The position numbers and the translations under genes are program-made. Shown here piece after piece: positions 29,912 through 38,957 of a stretch of DNA of 64,000 nt (position 1 is its first letter; every line of letters begins with the position of its first letter). Source of the stretch: a virus (Duplodnaviria > Caudoviricetes); IMG/VR virus record IMGVR_UViG_3300020577_007794; one strand, written 5' to 3'. The notes under the pieces are model-generated. The model was not told where the DNA came from. It did not search any database and was given only the letters and a program-made list of their open reading frames with translations.

Positions 29912-30468
29912 TGGAATCGAATTACTTAGATCAAGTAAGAATAGCAATTGATAGTTATAAAGAGAGGTTTACGAACGAATCTCTTAGACACATTCTGCTC
30001 AATTACTCTGATACAGAAATAGGGCAGAGACACCCAGAACTTCCAATAGGTTCTATGCTTAGAGATCAAGGTCAGTTCGATCTATACGCAGGACCTACAA
30101 GATTAATTGGGAACATGGATGGTGGATTGTATACCATATCCTCAACCCTATCCCTCAATGCAAATTCCATTAATGTTAATTGTGCAACCCCACAATCATT
30201 TGTGCTTAATGGAAAGAGGTTCACTGAGAAAGTTCATAACGGTTCTCTATTCATATCCGCAAAATCCCTTCAAAACCTAGAAGGCATCGGATTTATTAAA
30301 GTTCCTGGTAATAATCAAGGTGAAACCAAAGCATTACAATCAGGTGATCTTATAAATACTTTACCAGCCTCTGAAGTTTTTGAGCTTTTAGGTGTTTTTG
30401 AAGAAGTTGATATACAGGACACCCCAGAATATGACAGCTATTTAGTTTTTGAGGAGTTGATAAGTTAA
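29911..30468 (+). CDS. possible central spike-related protein
   Basis: Short beta-repeat-like stretch (DQGQFDLYAG...LSLNANSINVN); precedes the gp25-like gene. Confidence 0.4.
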   Translation: MESNYLDQVRIAIDSYKERFTNESLRHILLNYSDTEIGQRHPELPIGSMLRDQGQFDLYAGPTRLIGNMDGGLYTISSTLSLNANSINVNCATPQSFVLNGKRFTEKVHNGSLFISAKSLQNLEGIGFIKVPGNNQGETKALQSGDLINTLPASEVFELLGVFEEVDIQDTPEYDSYLVFEELIS

Positions 30469-30878
30469 TGAAAGATCTGAAAATGACTGCAGATGGTGAG
30501 TTTGTCATTGGAGCCAACGGTGACTTTGAGACAGTAGAGGGTGATGAAGCTATCGCCCAACAAATTGTCTTTATACTTAAGACACAAAAAGGGGACTGGA
30601 CTTTAGTCCCGAGAGTGGGTGCTGATTTGGAAAGATTTATCGGTAAACCAAATTCTCGAGAAACTAGAGATATGATAGAAGCTGTTATAAGTACCGAGCT
30701 TATAAATTCACAGCTAATATACAACCCTACAGTAACCTGTATTCAACTATCAGCGGAAGAAGTATTTATAACTGTAGAATTCCCATCAGTCGAAGATAGG
30801 GGTAGAGAAGTTATAGTAACTGCAGAATTAGATCTTAAAACTGGCAATGTTTCTGCAAGATCTATAACTAACGGCTAA
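30468..30878 (+). CDS. gp25/GpW-like baseplate wedge (sheath initiator)
   Basis: GDF..VEGDEAIAQQI...LKTQKGDW...P.VGADL..FIG. Confidence 0.85.
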   Translation: MKDLKMTADGEFVIGANGDFETVEGDEAIAQQIVFILKTQKGDWTLVPRVGADLERFIGKPNSRETRDMIEAVISTELINSQLIYNPTVTCIQLSAEEVFITVEFPSVEDRGREVIVTAELDLKTGNVSARSITNG

Positions 30879-30910
30879 AAAGATTCCAAGCCACCAATAA
30901 TATAATTGAG

Positions 30911-32221
30911 ATGGCTGAAAATTTAGAGAAGGAAGAGCTTCTAAAACAAGTTACAACAACTAGGAAAGCTCTACCTATGAACCGAGTATCTACTAGATAT
31001 TCGTGGCTCAATGTTGCTGGATTAACAGCTGACATTGGTGCTTGTGGGTACTACAGGGTCGTGAATCCCATACACCTACTAATGCAGCATGGCGCAACTG
31101 TTGATTACAGCTCAGTTCAAAATATTACTGGGCTTACAAACTCAGATGTTATAGTTGCACCTAGACAGTGCAGTACGGAGGTGTACGACAATCTTAGAAG
31201 ACTTCAATTTGAAGGGAAAAAAGTTTATTACGAACTTGATGATGACCTGCATAATGTTCTAAGAACCTCTCCGGCATATTCTGTGTACTATAGAAATTCT
31301 GAGAGTTTACTAGCTGTTGAAAAGTTCATCTCTTCTTCTCATGGGTTGACAGTAACCACCCCTGAGTTGGCCAGAGCCTATGCAAGATTCAACACTAACA
31401 TATCTATCATAGAAAACTACATTGACTTTTCGTTAAGAAATTGGAACATAGATGTTGATTGGAATGGGGAGACACCTGTCTTTAAACCACTCCACATTGA
31501 TAGACCTAAGGAGTGGGGTGATTCCATTGTTCTGACATGGGCTGGTGGTGCTACTCACATGGAAGATCTTATTGGGGTATTCCCTCACATTAAGAGAATC
31601 CTTGAGATGTATCCTAAAACAATGTTTGCGTATTATGGTGCCTGGGAGTTGTTTGAGGCAGCTAATGAAAGGGCTAAAATACCACTAGATAGGGTATTCA
31701 AGATCACACCTAGACACTTTTTGGATTATCCAGATGGTTTACGGGGTGATATTGGTTTAGCTCCTATTGTCCCATGCCAATTCAATATTTGTAAGTCAGC
31801 ACTGAAGATAACAGAATACATGGCTGCGGGCATGGCTGTGGTTGCATCCAATGTTGGTCCTTATGCTAGATTTAATAGGCTTTATCCAGATACTGTCAAT
31901 TTAGTTGGTAACGGACGAAACATGCACTCAACCTGGGTTGATGCTGTAGGAGAACTGGTTTCCAACCCAGATAAGTTGCTAGAAAGGAAGGTTAAAGGTA
32001 GACAATTAGCTTTGTCGCGGTTTAGTTTGGAAAATAACTTCCACCTATGGCCGATAGCTTGGAATTCTATGTTTGAAAAAGCAGCTAAAGGATTGCTGGG
32101 CCCTCCTGATGTTCCGTTTAAGTTTAACCCTGTTACCTTCGGCAATGTAGGTAGAAATGATACTTGCCCCTGTGGTTCTGGATTAAAATACAAGGCTTGC
32201 TGCCTAGGAGCGTTCGGATAA
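30911..32221 (+). CDS. GT-B (GT4-like) glycosyltransferase with C-terminal SEC-C motif
   Basis: GACGYYRV..P, YELDDDL, WAGGATH..DL, DIGLAP...FN.CKS.LK..EY, VVASNVGPY; ends VGRNDTCPCGSGLKYKACC. Confidence 0.88.
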   Translation: MAENLEKEELLKQVTTTRKALPMNRVSTRYSWLNVAGLTADIGACGYYRVVNPIHLLMQHGATVDYSSVQNITGLTNSDVIVAPRQCSTEVYDNLRRLQFEGKKVYYELDDDLHNVLRTSPAYSVYYRNSESLLAVEKFISSSHGLTVTTPELARAYARFNTNISIIENYIDFSLRNWNIDVDWNGETPVFKPLHIDRPKEWGDSIVLTWAGGATHMEDLIGVFPHIKRILEMYPKTMFAYYGAWELFEAANERAKIPLDRVFKITPRHFLDYPDGLRGDIGLAPIVPCQFNICKSALKITEYMAAGMAVVASNVGPYARFNRLYPDTVNLVGNGRNMHSTWVDAVGELVSNPDKLLERKVKGRQLALSRFSLENNFHLWPIAWNSMFEKAAKGLLGPPDVPFKFNPVTFGNVGRNDTCPCGSGLKYKACCLGAFG

Positions 32222-32523
32222 TGGAAACATCATTCTTTCTTTATAGGTTAGTTGACGCTATACCTGGGTTAGATGAAATCTTCAATAGAAAACTTTGCTT
32301 TAGAGTTAGACATGCTGTATTTCACGAAGACAGTGTAGAGCTTCACGTATCTCCAGACAAGTTCTCTGACAAACTTCTATCAGCAGGTAAAACATACATT
32401 GTGGAAACTGAAATAGATAGGAAGAGCACCTATCGCTATTACTATTTCAAAGCGTTTGAAATACTTGCAGAAGAGAACCAAATTATAGTAAAACTTTACG
32501 GTGAATTAGTGGATCAAAAGTAA
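32221..32523 (+). CDS. hypothetical protein
   Basis: TAATG-coupled start at 32221, 100 aa. Confidence 0.65.
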   Translation: METSFFLYRLVDAIPGLDEIFNRKLCFRVRHAVFHEDSVELHVSPDKFSDKLLSAGKTYIVETEIDRKSTYRYYYFKAFEILAEENQIIVKLYGELVDQK

Positions 32524-32525
32524 CG

Positions 32526-32534
32526 CTCTATTTG
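32526..32534 (+). promoter_or_regulatory. CTCTATTTG motif copy 3
   Basis: Intergenic, 20 nt before the baseplate J ATG. Confidence 0.65.
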
Positions 32535-32554
32535 CGTACAGAGAATTAGTATAA

Positions 32555-33667
32555 ATGCCTACTCCTAGACCTACATTACAGGAAATAAAAGAGAGAATTT
32601 ATGTAAGAATTCTTAACGAGACCAGTTTAACTGCAGGGCTAGAAAGTTCTGCAATTGGTGTCTTGGTTAATATAATGGCTGCTGAAATAGATTCTCAGTG
32701 GGCATACATAGATGAACTCACTACCCAGTCATCCTTGACAACCGCTACAGGTGGTTCTCTGGATGATATGGGTCTTATGTTTGGGGTCCCAAGAAAGGTT
32801 GAATCGAAAGCCACCACAACAGGTGGCACACCATCTATTCGATTTACAAATCTTGGGGGTACCTCACTATCAATTCCTGTAGGAACCAGAGTCTACAAAG
32901 ATAGTGACCCCTCTATAGCTTTCTTTACCATAGAGGGGGCTACCTTAGCAGGGGGTGCATCAGTTGATGTACACGCCACAGCTGCACAGCCTGGGCAAGC
33001 ATTTAACGTAGCAATCGGAGACATTAATAGACACAGTGCCCCGACTACAGCTTTGTCAGTAACAAACATCCTTCCAATTCAAAACGGTGCTGCTAGAGAA
33101 TCGGATACAAGTTACAGAGAAAGAATCCTTCAAGATCTTCTTAGAAGAAACTCACTTACAGTCCCTAATACCACAGCTCTTTTAAGAACCATTGATGGTG
33201 TTAAGGATGCAATGTTGATCAATCTGGCAAGAGGTACTGGTACATTCGATGTCATCATCACCCCGTACCATTCATCCCAAACTGAGTCTGTTGTGGAAGA
33301 GTGTAGGGCTCTGCTTTCTGATACAACAAATGCTGGTATTGATTTTGTTGTAAAAGCTCCTAAGATACGACAGCTTGATCTCACTTTAACTCTGAGATTC
33401 AATCCTTCAGCCTCAAACAAAGAACTGGATAGGCAGTTAATAAGAAGCATTATTAACGCTAGGGTTGGAAATCTTCCTGTAGAGAACGGTACAGGAAATG
33501 GTTCTTTATTCCTGTCTCAACTAAGATCCGTAGCTGCTGCAGCTAGCCCAGCAATCATTGATGCAGCTATTGTTGGTGCTCTTGACGAAATCCCTCTTAC
33601 TATTGATGGAGAGGTAAAGATCGGGTTAGGAGACCGAATTGAACTTAGAAGTTTGGTCATTAGATAA
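32555..33667 (+). CDS. baseplate J-like wedge protein
   Basis: TATGGSLDDMG..FGVPR, IPVGTRV, G.AFNV..G.I, GAARESD..YRERI, RGTGTFDVII. Confidence 0.9.
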   Translation: MPTPRPTLQEIKERIYVRILNETSLTAGLESSAIGVLVNIMAAEIDSQWAYIDELTTQSSLTTATGGSLDDMGLMFGVPRKVESKATTTGGTPSIRFTNLGGTSLSIPVGTRVYKDSDPSIAFFTIEGATLAGGASVDVHATAAQPGQAFNVAIGDINRHSAPTTALSVTNILPIQNGAARESDTSYRERILQDLLRRNSLTVPNTTALLRTIDGVKDAMLINLARGTGTFDVIITPYHSSQTESVVEECRALLSDTTNAGIDFVVKAPKIRQLDLTLTLRFNPSASNKELDRQLIRSIINARVGNLPVENGTGNGSLFLSQLRSVAAAASPAIIDAAIVGALDEIPLTIDGEVKIGLGDRIELRSLVIR

Positions 33668-35094
33668 TGAATTGGAGCCTGTTCTCCCCTAAAATTAGAG
33701 ATGCGTGGACTCCTGCCGTTGGTAGGTCTCCGCGTTGGTTCAGTTCAAACTCTTACCCAGACCTAGATACCCTCCCTGAAATTCCTGAGCTTAGCTCCAA
33801 CCCCGTTGGCACATTCACCGTCCCTTCCGCCTCCGGGGTTGTCCCCTTTTCTTGGTCTCTATCGGCAGATACATTCTTAAAGCCATCATCAACATTCCAA
33901 GCCCTTTTCTTCTTAATGAATGAGGAAAGGGCTTTGATGAATTTAAGTCTTAAATCTCTTTACTACACCAGAGCATTAGGATTTGACCTAGCTGAACCAG
34001 ACTTCGCTTGGTATGTTTCTAATGTTAATTCTGAACTACCCATCTACGTACAGACTAGTTCAGGTTATGTTGAGCTACAATCTGCTACGTCAACTAACAC
34101 CTTGATTTATTCCAACAAATGGAGTTATCAAAAGAGTGGGCAGGAAGTCCTATTAAACGGTTTTGGCCTCCTAGAATCTTCTACAATAGTTGTTAGTGGT
34201 TGGCATTTTGCTGCTAGTGGTTCGGTGTTTGATAGTACTACACTTATACACTTTAAAAATCCAACTACACAGACTTGGATTCCTCTTCATCCAACAGAAG
34301 TAAGATCTGATGGATTCTTAGGTTTTTCGAGTACTGAAGAGTGTGCAGTTAGATCCTATTCTAGGGATGCTGCTGCAAGACTTACTACACTGAATCTGCT
34401 AACTGATGGGAAAATCTATACAGCTGATTTGGTTCCCCTATGGACTTCCATAGACGAGAAAGCGTTGTGGTTCGGTCTAAAGAGAAAACAACACGAATCT
34501 TCAGCACAATTAGCAGAAAGAGTGCTAGGGTGCAGTTGGTTTGCCAAAGATCAATCTATAGAGAGTACAAGAAATGCAATATCTTCATCACTTGGTCTAT
34601 CGAATATTTCAGTTAGTGAGCGACATACCGGATCTACCTCTGCTAGTTCTGGCTTTAATTATGTTTCGCTAAGAAATATTGATAAAATCCAAACAGCCAG
34701 GGAAATGTTAACAGTTGATGAGAATGATATAATAAGAACAAGATATTATGAACCCAGGCGGGGTACAGTATTTTGTGGTGATTATTCTTATGAAGCTGTG
34801 GCATCCTCCGGTATAGTTACCGTTATTGATTACACACATAGGTACGGAGATTATCTGTACGCTGATTGGACTTTGTATGTCTATACCAGTTCATCGTCAG
34901 CAATAACTTTTACCGCCAATATGCCACTAGAGGGGCCTGACTATATTACGTTGAGCACTCGAGATGTTGAGGTGGATAATACGTCAGGAGCAGATCTTAT
35001 AGACTGCTTTGACAAAACTTGGCCAGGATTTAGGTGGCAAAGCTCACCCATGGCTGCGTTATCAGATGACGCTAGTACAGCTGTTTTTGATTAA
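33667..35094 (+). CDS. baseplate wedge protein (gp7/I-like)
   Basis: IDEKALWFGLKRKQHESSAQLAERV motif; follows the J-like gene. Confidence 0.55.
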   Translation: MNWSLFSPKIRDAWTPAVGRSPRWFSSNSYPDLDTLPEIPELSSNPVGTFTVPSASGVVPFSWSLSADTFLKPSSTFQALFFLMNEERALMNLSLKSLYYTRALGFDLAEPDFAWYVSNVNSELPIYVQTSSGYVELQSATSTNTLIYSNKWSYQKSGQEVLLNGFGLLESSTIVVSGWHFAASGSVFDSTTLIHFKNPTTQTWIPLHPTEVRSDGFLGFSSTEECAVRSYSRDAAARLTTLNLLTDGKIYTADLVPLWTSIDEKALWFGLKRKQHESSAQLAERVLGCSWFAKDQSIESTRNAISSSLGLSNISVSERHTGSTSASSGFNYVSLRNIDKIQTAREMLTVDENDIIRTRYYEPRRGTVFCGDYSYEAVASSGIVTVIDYTHRYGDYLYADWTLYVYTSSSSAITFTANMPLEGPDYITLSTRDVEVDNTSGADLIDCFDKTWPGFRWQSSPMAALSDDASTAVFD

Positions 35095-35096
35095 TT

Positions 35097-35606
35097 ATGA
35101 TTCACCTTTCAATGGACCCATCCCTTAAAGCATTTGGGTATGTAGTGTACGACGATAAAAAAAGAACAATTCTCGAAGCAGGATGTATAAGGACAGATAA
35201 AGCAAAGAAAGGGGAGAAAAAAGTAACTGATGATGACGCAGAAAGGCTTCATTACATCGCTACAACACTACAAGGAATCCTTTCCAGATTTAAGATTGAT
35301 CAGATGCACGCTGAGATTCCTATTGGGGCACAAAGCTTTAATGCAGCCAAAGCACTGTATGGTGTGAGAGCAATAGTGCTTTCAATTCACGTTTTCCTTA
35401 ACATACCATTAAACGTATTTAGAGCTAAGGATATCAAAGAAAATTTAACTGGTGATGCCAACGCTGAGAAGGATGCTGTGTACAACGCAGTATTAAAAGA
35501 GTTCCCTTCCATAAAAGAGCACTGCGAAAGTGTCACTAAAGATAGGAGGGAAGCTATATCAGACGCTATGGCAGTTTTTCTTTATTACAGCAATAATAAA
35601 GAGTAG
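35097..35606 (+). CDS. ruvC: RuvC-like Holliday junction resolvase
   Basis: SMDPS...FGY, AE.P, K..LTG..NAEK..V, SDAMAV catalytic pattern. Confidence 0.85.
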   Translation: MIHLSMDPSLKAFGYVVYDDKKRTILEAGCIRTDKAKKGEKKVTDDDAERLHYIATTLQGILSRFKIDQMHAEIPIGAQSFNAAKALYGVRAIVLSIHVFLNIPLNVFRAKDIKENLTGDANAEKDAVYNAVLKEFPSIKEHCESVTKDRREAISDAMAVFLYYSNNKE

Positions 35607-35622
35607 GTAAAGTTTTTTAGCC

Positions 35623-38223
35623 ATGGTTAATACAAATAAAGTTCTCTATAATGATGAAGCTATGAAGGCCCTCAAGCAGGGTGCGGATAAGCTAGCTGAA
35701 GCTGTAAAAGTGACTCTTGGCCCCGGTGGTCACAATGTTATTATTGATCAGGGCAGTGAATGGCTCCCACCAATCGTAACTAAAGACGGTGTTACTGTTG
35801 CCAGAGAGCTGCGAGTTAATGGTGGACCTGAACAGTTGGGTGCCCAGATTATCAAACAGGCAGCATCAAAAACCAATGATTCTGCGGGAGACGGCCCACA
35901 ACCTCTTTACAGTAAAGTCCTAACCCCTAGTGGCTTTGTTCCTATGGGTTCTCTAAAAGTAGGGGATGAGCTTTGCGGTACCGGCGGTACGATACAAACA
36001 GTTCTAGCTGTCTACCCAAAAGGTGAAAAAGAAATTTATAAAGTCATATTCACCGATGGGCGGGAGGTTGAATGTTGTGAGGATCATCTTTGGTTTTTGA
36101 AAAAGGCTTCCAGAGGGACTGAGGTGATTATGACCACTAAGGAAATTCTTTCTAGTGGTGTACACAAATTTAACGGAGATGGGCATTATCTCCACAAATT
36201 TTATACTCCCAGGACTTTTGCAGAATTTTCGAACAAAAAATTCGTTCTGGATCCTTATCTTGTAGGGCTACTCATAGGCGATGGGGCTCTAACTGGTACT
36301 GGTTCTATTGAATTGTCTTTAGGGCCGAATGATAGAGATGTAATTGATAGAATTACACTACCTGAAGGGCTGTCTCTTAGCTGGAGATTTGTTGAAAAGA
36401 AACACTACTACAGAGTTAAAATAAGGGGAAAAACTCCAAATGGTGAAACTATCCATGATCTCGTACAAAAAATTGGGCTATTGGGGTGCAATAGTGGAAC
36501 TAAATTTATCCCATATGATTATCTTTTTTCAGATCTAAAATCGAGAGAAGCACTACTCAGGGGGTTGTCCGACACAGATGGGCACATTAATAACAGAGGG
36601 TTGCTAGAGTATTCAACTATAAGCCCACAGTTGGGGGAAGACATGCTTACTCTCTTGAGAAGTCTAGGTAAAGCTGCATCATGCGTTCTTCTAAAAAGAA
36701 AACCTAACTCATCATACTCCAATACTTCCATATACAGAATCAATGAATTAAAGGGAGATACTTTTGGTAATGGTATTCATGATGTCATACCTACGGGTGA
36801 ATTTACCCGAATGCAGTGCATAAAGGTAAGTAATGAGGATAATCTGTATTTTACAGATAATTTCATTGTTACACATAACACAACTACTTCTACAGTTCTA
36901 GCACAAGAAATTCTTAACCAAGGCATCAAGCATCTTGGTACAGGAAAGAATGGTATCAATATTAAGAGAGGTATTGATCTTGCAACCCAGATGGTTGTGG
37001 AATACCTTTCCAAAAACTCCACGTCTATCTCTCTGAAGGATATGGCTATGGTAACCCATATTGCTACGGTCTCTGGTAATGACCCAGAAGTTGGAAAGAT
37101 GGTTGCCACAGCCTACAAAGAAGTGGGTGAAAACGGTCTAGTTGGTTTTGAAGAAACCAGAGCTAGTGAGACTGTTATTGAAATCCACAAGGGCATGTCT
37201 TTCGATAGAGGATACCCAACCCCTGCTTTTGTAACAGATCCCAAGAGAATGGTATGCGAGTTGCGAGAAGCTAACGTTCTTGTTTTTGAAAGACGAATTT
37301 CTTCAGCGCAAGAACTAGTTGGATTCCTTACCGAATACCACAAAAACTTCAAAGAAACTCCCCTTCTTATCATCACTTCAGATATTGATGGAGATGCACT
37401 CGCTACTCTTGCAGCTAACAAGCTATCCAATGGTATGCTTTGGATTGGTATTAAAGCTCCAGGTTTCGGGAAGAGAGCTTCTGACTGGATGGAGGATATT
37501 GCGGCTTTGACCGGTGCTAAGGTCATTGCTGAAGTAAGCGCAGCTAAGCTTGAAAATGTTCCAATGGATGTTTTGGGTAAAGCAAAATCCATCACTATCA
37601 ACAAAGAGGAAACTTCTATTGTTGGTGGATACGGTGATCCAGCGTCAGTCGCTGAATACGTTGCCAACCTTAAAGAGAGACTTGTTAGTGAAACCAGTGC
37701 CCAGGAAATTGAATGGCTAAAGCTGAGGCTTGCTAAACTTGATGGAAGCATTGCTCTTATTAAGATTGGTGCGCAGACTGATGCTGAAATGAAGGAAAAG
37801 AAATACAGATTTGAAGATGCTATTAACGCAACTAAAGCTGCTCTTTCCCATGGTATAGTTCCGGGTGGTGGTGTCGCACTTCTTAATGCTTTTGAGGATG
37901 TACTTGCTAGAAAGCCAGAATTGTCACTAGAAGAGTCGGTAGGTTTTGATATCCTTCTTATGAGTCTTCTTATACCTCTTAAGACTATTGCACAGAATTC
38001 AGGTATCAGTGGGGAGCATGTTATTGCTGTGCTACAGACAAGCAAGAGACATAAGAATTATGGCTACAATGCTAGAACAGGATATTACTGTGACCTTGTT
38101 AAAGAAGGTATTATTGACCCAGTAAAGGTGACTACATCTGCGGTTCTTAATGCAGCTTCGGCAGCTGGAACCTTGCTTACAACAAGAGCAGTTATTTACG
38201 GTGACCCTGTTGAACCTAAGTAA
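35623..38223 (+). CDS. groEL: phage chaperonin GroEL precursor containing an intein (538 aa after splicing)
   Basis: AVKVTLGP, TKDGVTVA, AGDG|TTT, GMSFDRGY, KAPGFG, EDA.NAT.AA, GIVPGGG, GIIDP.KV. Confidence 0.95.
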   Translation: MVNTNKVLYNDEAMKALKQGADKLAEAVKVTLGPGGHNVIIDQGSEWLPPIVTKDGVTVARELRVNGGPEQLGAQIIKQAASKTNDSAGDGPQPLYSKVLTPSGFVPMGSLKVGDELCGTGGTIQTVLAVYPKGEKEIYKVIFTDGREVECCEDHLWFLKKASRGTEVIMTTKEILSSGVHKFNGDGHYLHKFYTPRTFAEFSNKKFVLDPYLVGLLIGDGALTGTGSIELSLGPNDRDVIDRITLPEGLSLSWRFVEKKHYYRVKIRGKTPNGETIHDLVQKIGLLGCNSGTKFIPYDYLFSDLKSREALLRGLSDTDGHINNRGLLEYSTISPQLGEDMLTLLRSLGKAASCVLLKRKPNSSYSNTSIYRINELKGDTFGNGIHDVIPTGEFTRMQCIKVSNEDNLYFTDNFIVTHNTTTSTVLAQEILNQGIKHLGTGKNGINIKRGIDLATQMVVEYLSKNSTSISLKDMAMVTHIATVSGNDPEVGKMVATAYKEVGENGLVGFEETRASETVIEIHKGMSFDRGYPTPAFVTDPKRMVCELREANVLVFERRISSAQELVGFLTEYHKNFKETPLLIITSDIDGDALATLAANKLSNGMLWIGIKAPGFGKRASDWMEDIAALTGAKVIAEVSAAKLENVPMDVLGKAKSITINKEETSIVGGYGDPASVAEYVANLKERLVSETSAQEIEWLKLRLAKLDGSIALIKIGAQTDAEMKEKKYRFEDAINATKAALSHGIVPGGGVALLNAFEDVLARKPELSLEESVGFDILLMSLLIPLKTIAQNSGISGEHVIAVLQTSKRHKNYGYNARTGYYCDLVKEGIIDPVKVTTSAVLNAASAAGTLLTTRAVIYGDPVEPK
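35896..36879 (+). mobile_element. class 3 intein with LAGLIDADG homing endonuclease, 328 aa
   Basis: Starts PQPLYSKVLTP, ends IVTHN before Thr; block B CCEDHLW, block F MQCIKV; LLIGDG and GLSDTDG endonuclease motifs. Confidence 0.93.
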
Positions 38224-38257
38224 GATTCTGTATTAATATTGACCATAAAAAAGAAAT

Positions 38258-38296
38258 AAAAGAGGTACTAGTTTTAGGCTAGTGCTTCTTTTTTTT
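38258..38296 (+). terminator. rho-independent terminator, possibly bidirectional
   Basis: AGAGGTACTAG / CTAGTGCTTCT stem with G-U pairs, flanked by an A run and a T run. Confidence 0.8.
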
Positions 38297-38300
38297 GTCC

Positions 38301-38309
38301 CTCTATTTG
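38301..38309 (+). promoter_or_regulatory. CTCTATTTG motif copy 4
   Basis: Immediately after the terminator, upstream of the fibre/baseplate operon. Confidence 0.6.
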
Positions 38310-38387
38310 AGTAAATGGTATGCCTAGTCTGGTCCAGTCTAGGGCCACTACTTAGTTTACGAAAACTAAATAATCTCAGGTAATTTT

Positions 38388-38804
38388 ATGGCAAGCAATT
38401 TCAAGATCTCAACCTCGGATAGAAACGCAGCCTGTGACGCTATTGTTGACTTAGTTGACGGCGGAGCGGGTGCAGGAACACTAGAAGTGAGAACAGGCTC
38501 ACCTCCTGCAACCCCAGCTACTGCGGATTCTGGTACACTTCTAGCTACGTTAACCATGAGCGATCCGGCATTCGGTTCTGCATCCACAGGTGTTGCAACA
38601 GCTAGTACTATCACTTCTGACACTAATGCTGACGCTTCTGGAGATGCAGGGCATTTCAGAGTTAAGGACAGCAGCGGCAACGTAATCTTCCAGGGCACAG
38701 CTGGTAACTCTGGGGATACTCCTGATCTCACTTTCGATAATAAATCAATAGTAGCAGGTGGTACGGTAGCCATTTCCTCCCTAACAGTAACAGTACCGGC
38801 CTAA
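38388..38804 (+). CDS. small beta-rich virion (fibre/appendage subunit-like) protein
   Basis: 138 aa, A/T/G/S-rich; GTLEVRTG.PP..P...GTLLATL pattern seen in phage structural proteins. Confidence 0.65.
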   Translation: MASNFKISTSDRNAACDAIVDLVDGGAGAGTLEVRTGSPPATPATADSGTLLATLTMSDPAFGSASTGVATASTITSDTNADASGDAGHFRVKDSSGNVIFQGTAGNSGDTPDLTFDNKSIVAGGTVAISSLTVTVPA

Positions 38805-38808
38805 TATT

Positions 38809-38955
38809 ATGTTTGAATTAGATGTAGAAATCAAAGGCTCTGGGACTTGCACAATATCTAAAGAGCTGATCTTAAAAAGATTGGCTCTTATTGATGCTGA
38901 TTGTGAAGAAGCAGAGTACTTAAACAATCTCTTGAAGAGATTTGAAACGGAGTAA
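38809..38955 (+). CDS. 48-aa small ORF absent from the track
   Basis: MFELDVEIKGSGTCTISKELILKRLALIDADCEEAEYLNNLLKRFETE fills the gap between its neighbours. Confidence 0.6.
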   Translation: MFELDVEIKGSGTCTISKELILKRLALIDADCEEAEYLNNLLKRFETE

Positions 38956-38957
38956 GA

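Noticed and set aside
32140-32221. secA gene
   Set aside because: Only the ~20-aa SEC-C motif is present, fused to a glycosyltransferase
1071-35094. Bacterial eCIS/tailocin/T6SS interpretation
   Set aside because: Giant tail proteins, RuvC, a divergent GroEL/GroES, a sigma-like gene, an intein and the absence of host housekeeping genes fit a large phage; capsid genes are presumably outside the window
37113-38045. 310-aa antisense ORF
   Set aside because: Lies entirely opposite groEL; long antisense frames are a familiar codon-bias shadow in chaperone genes, and it has no recognisable motifs
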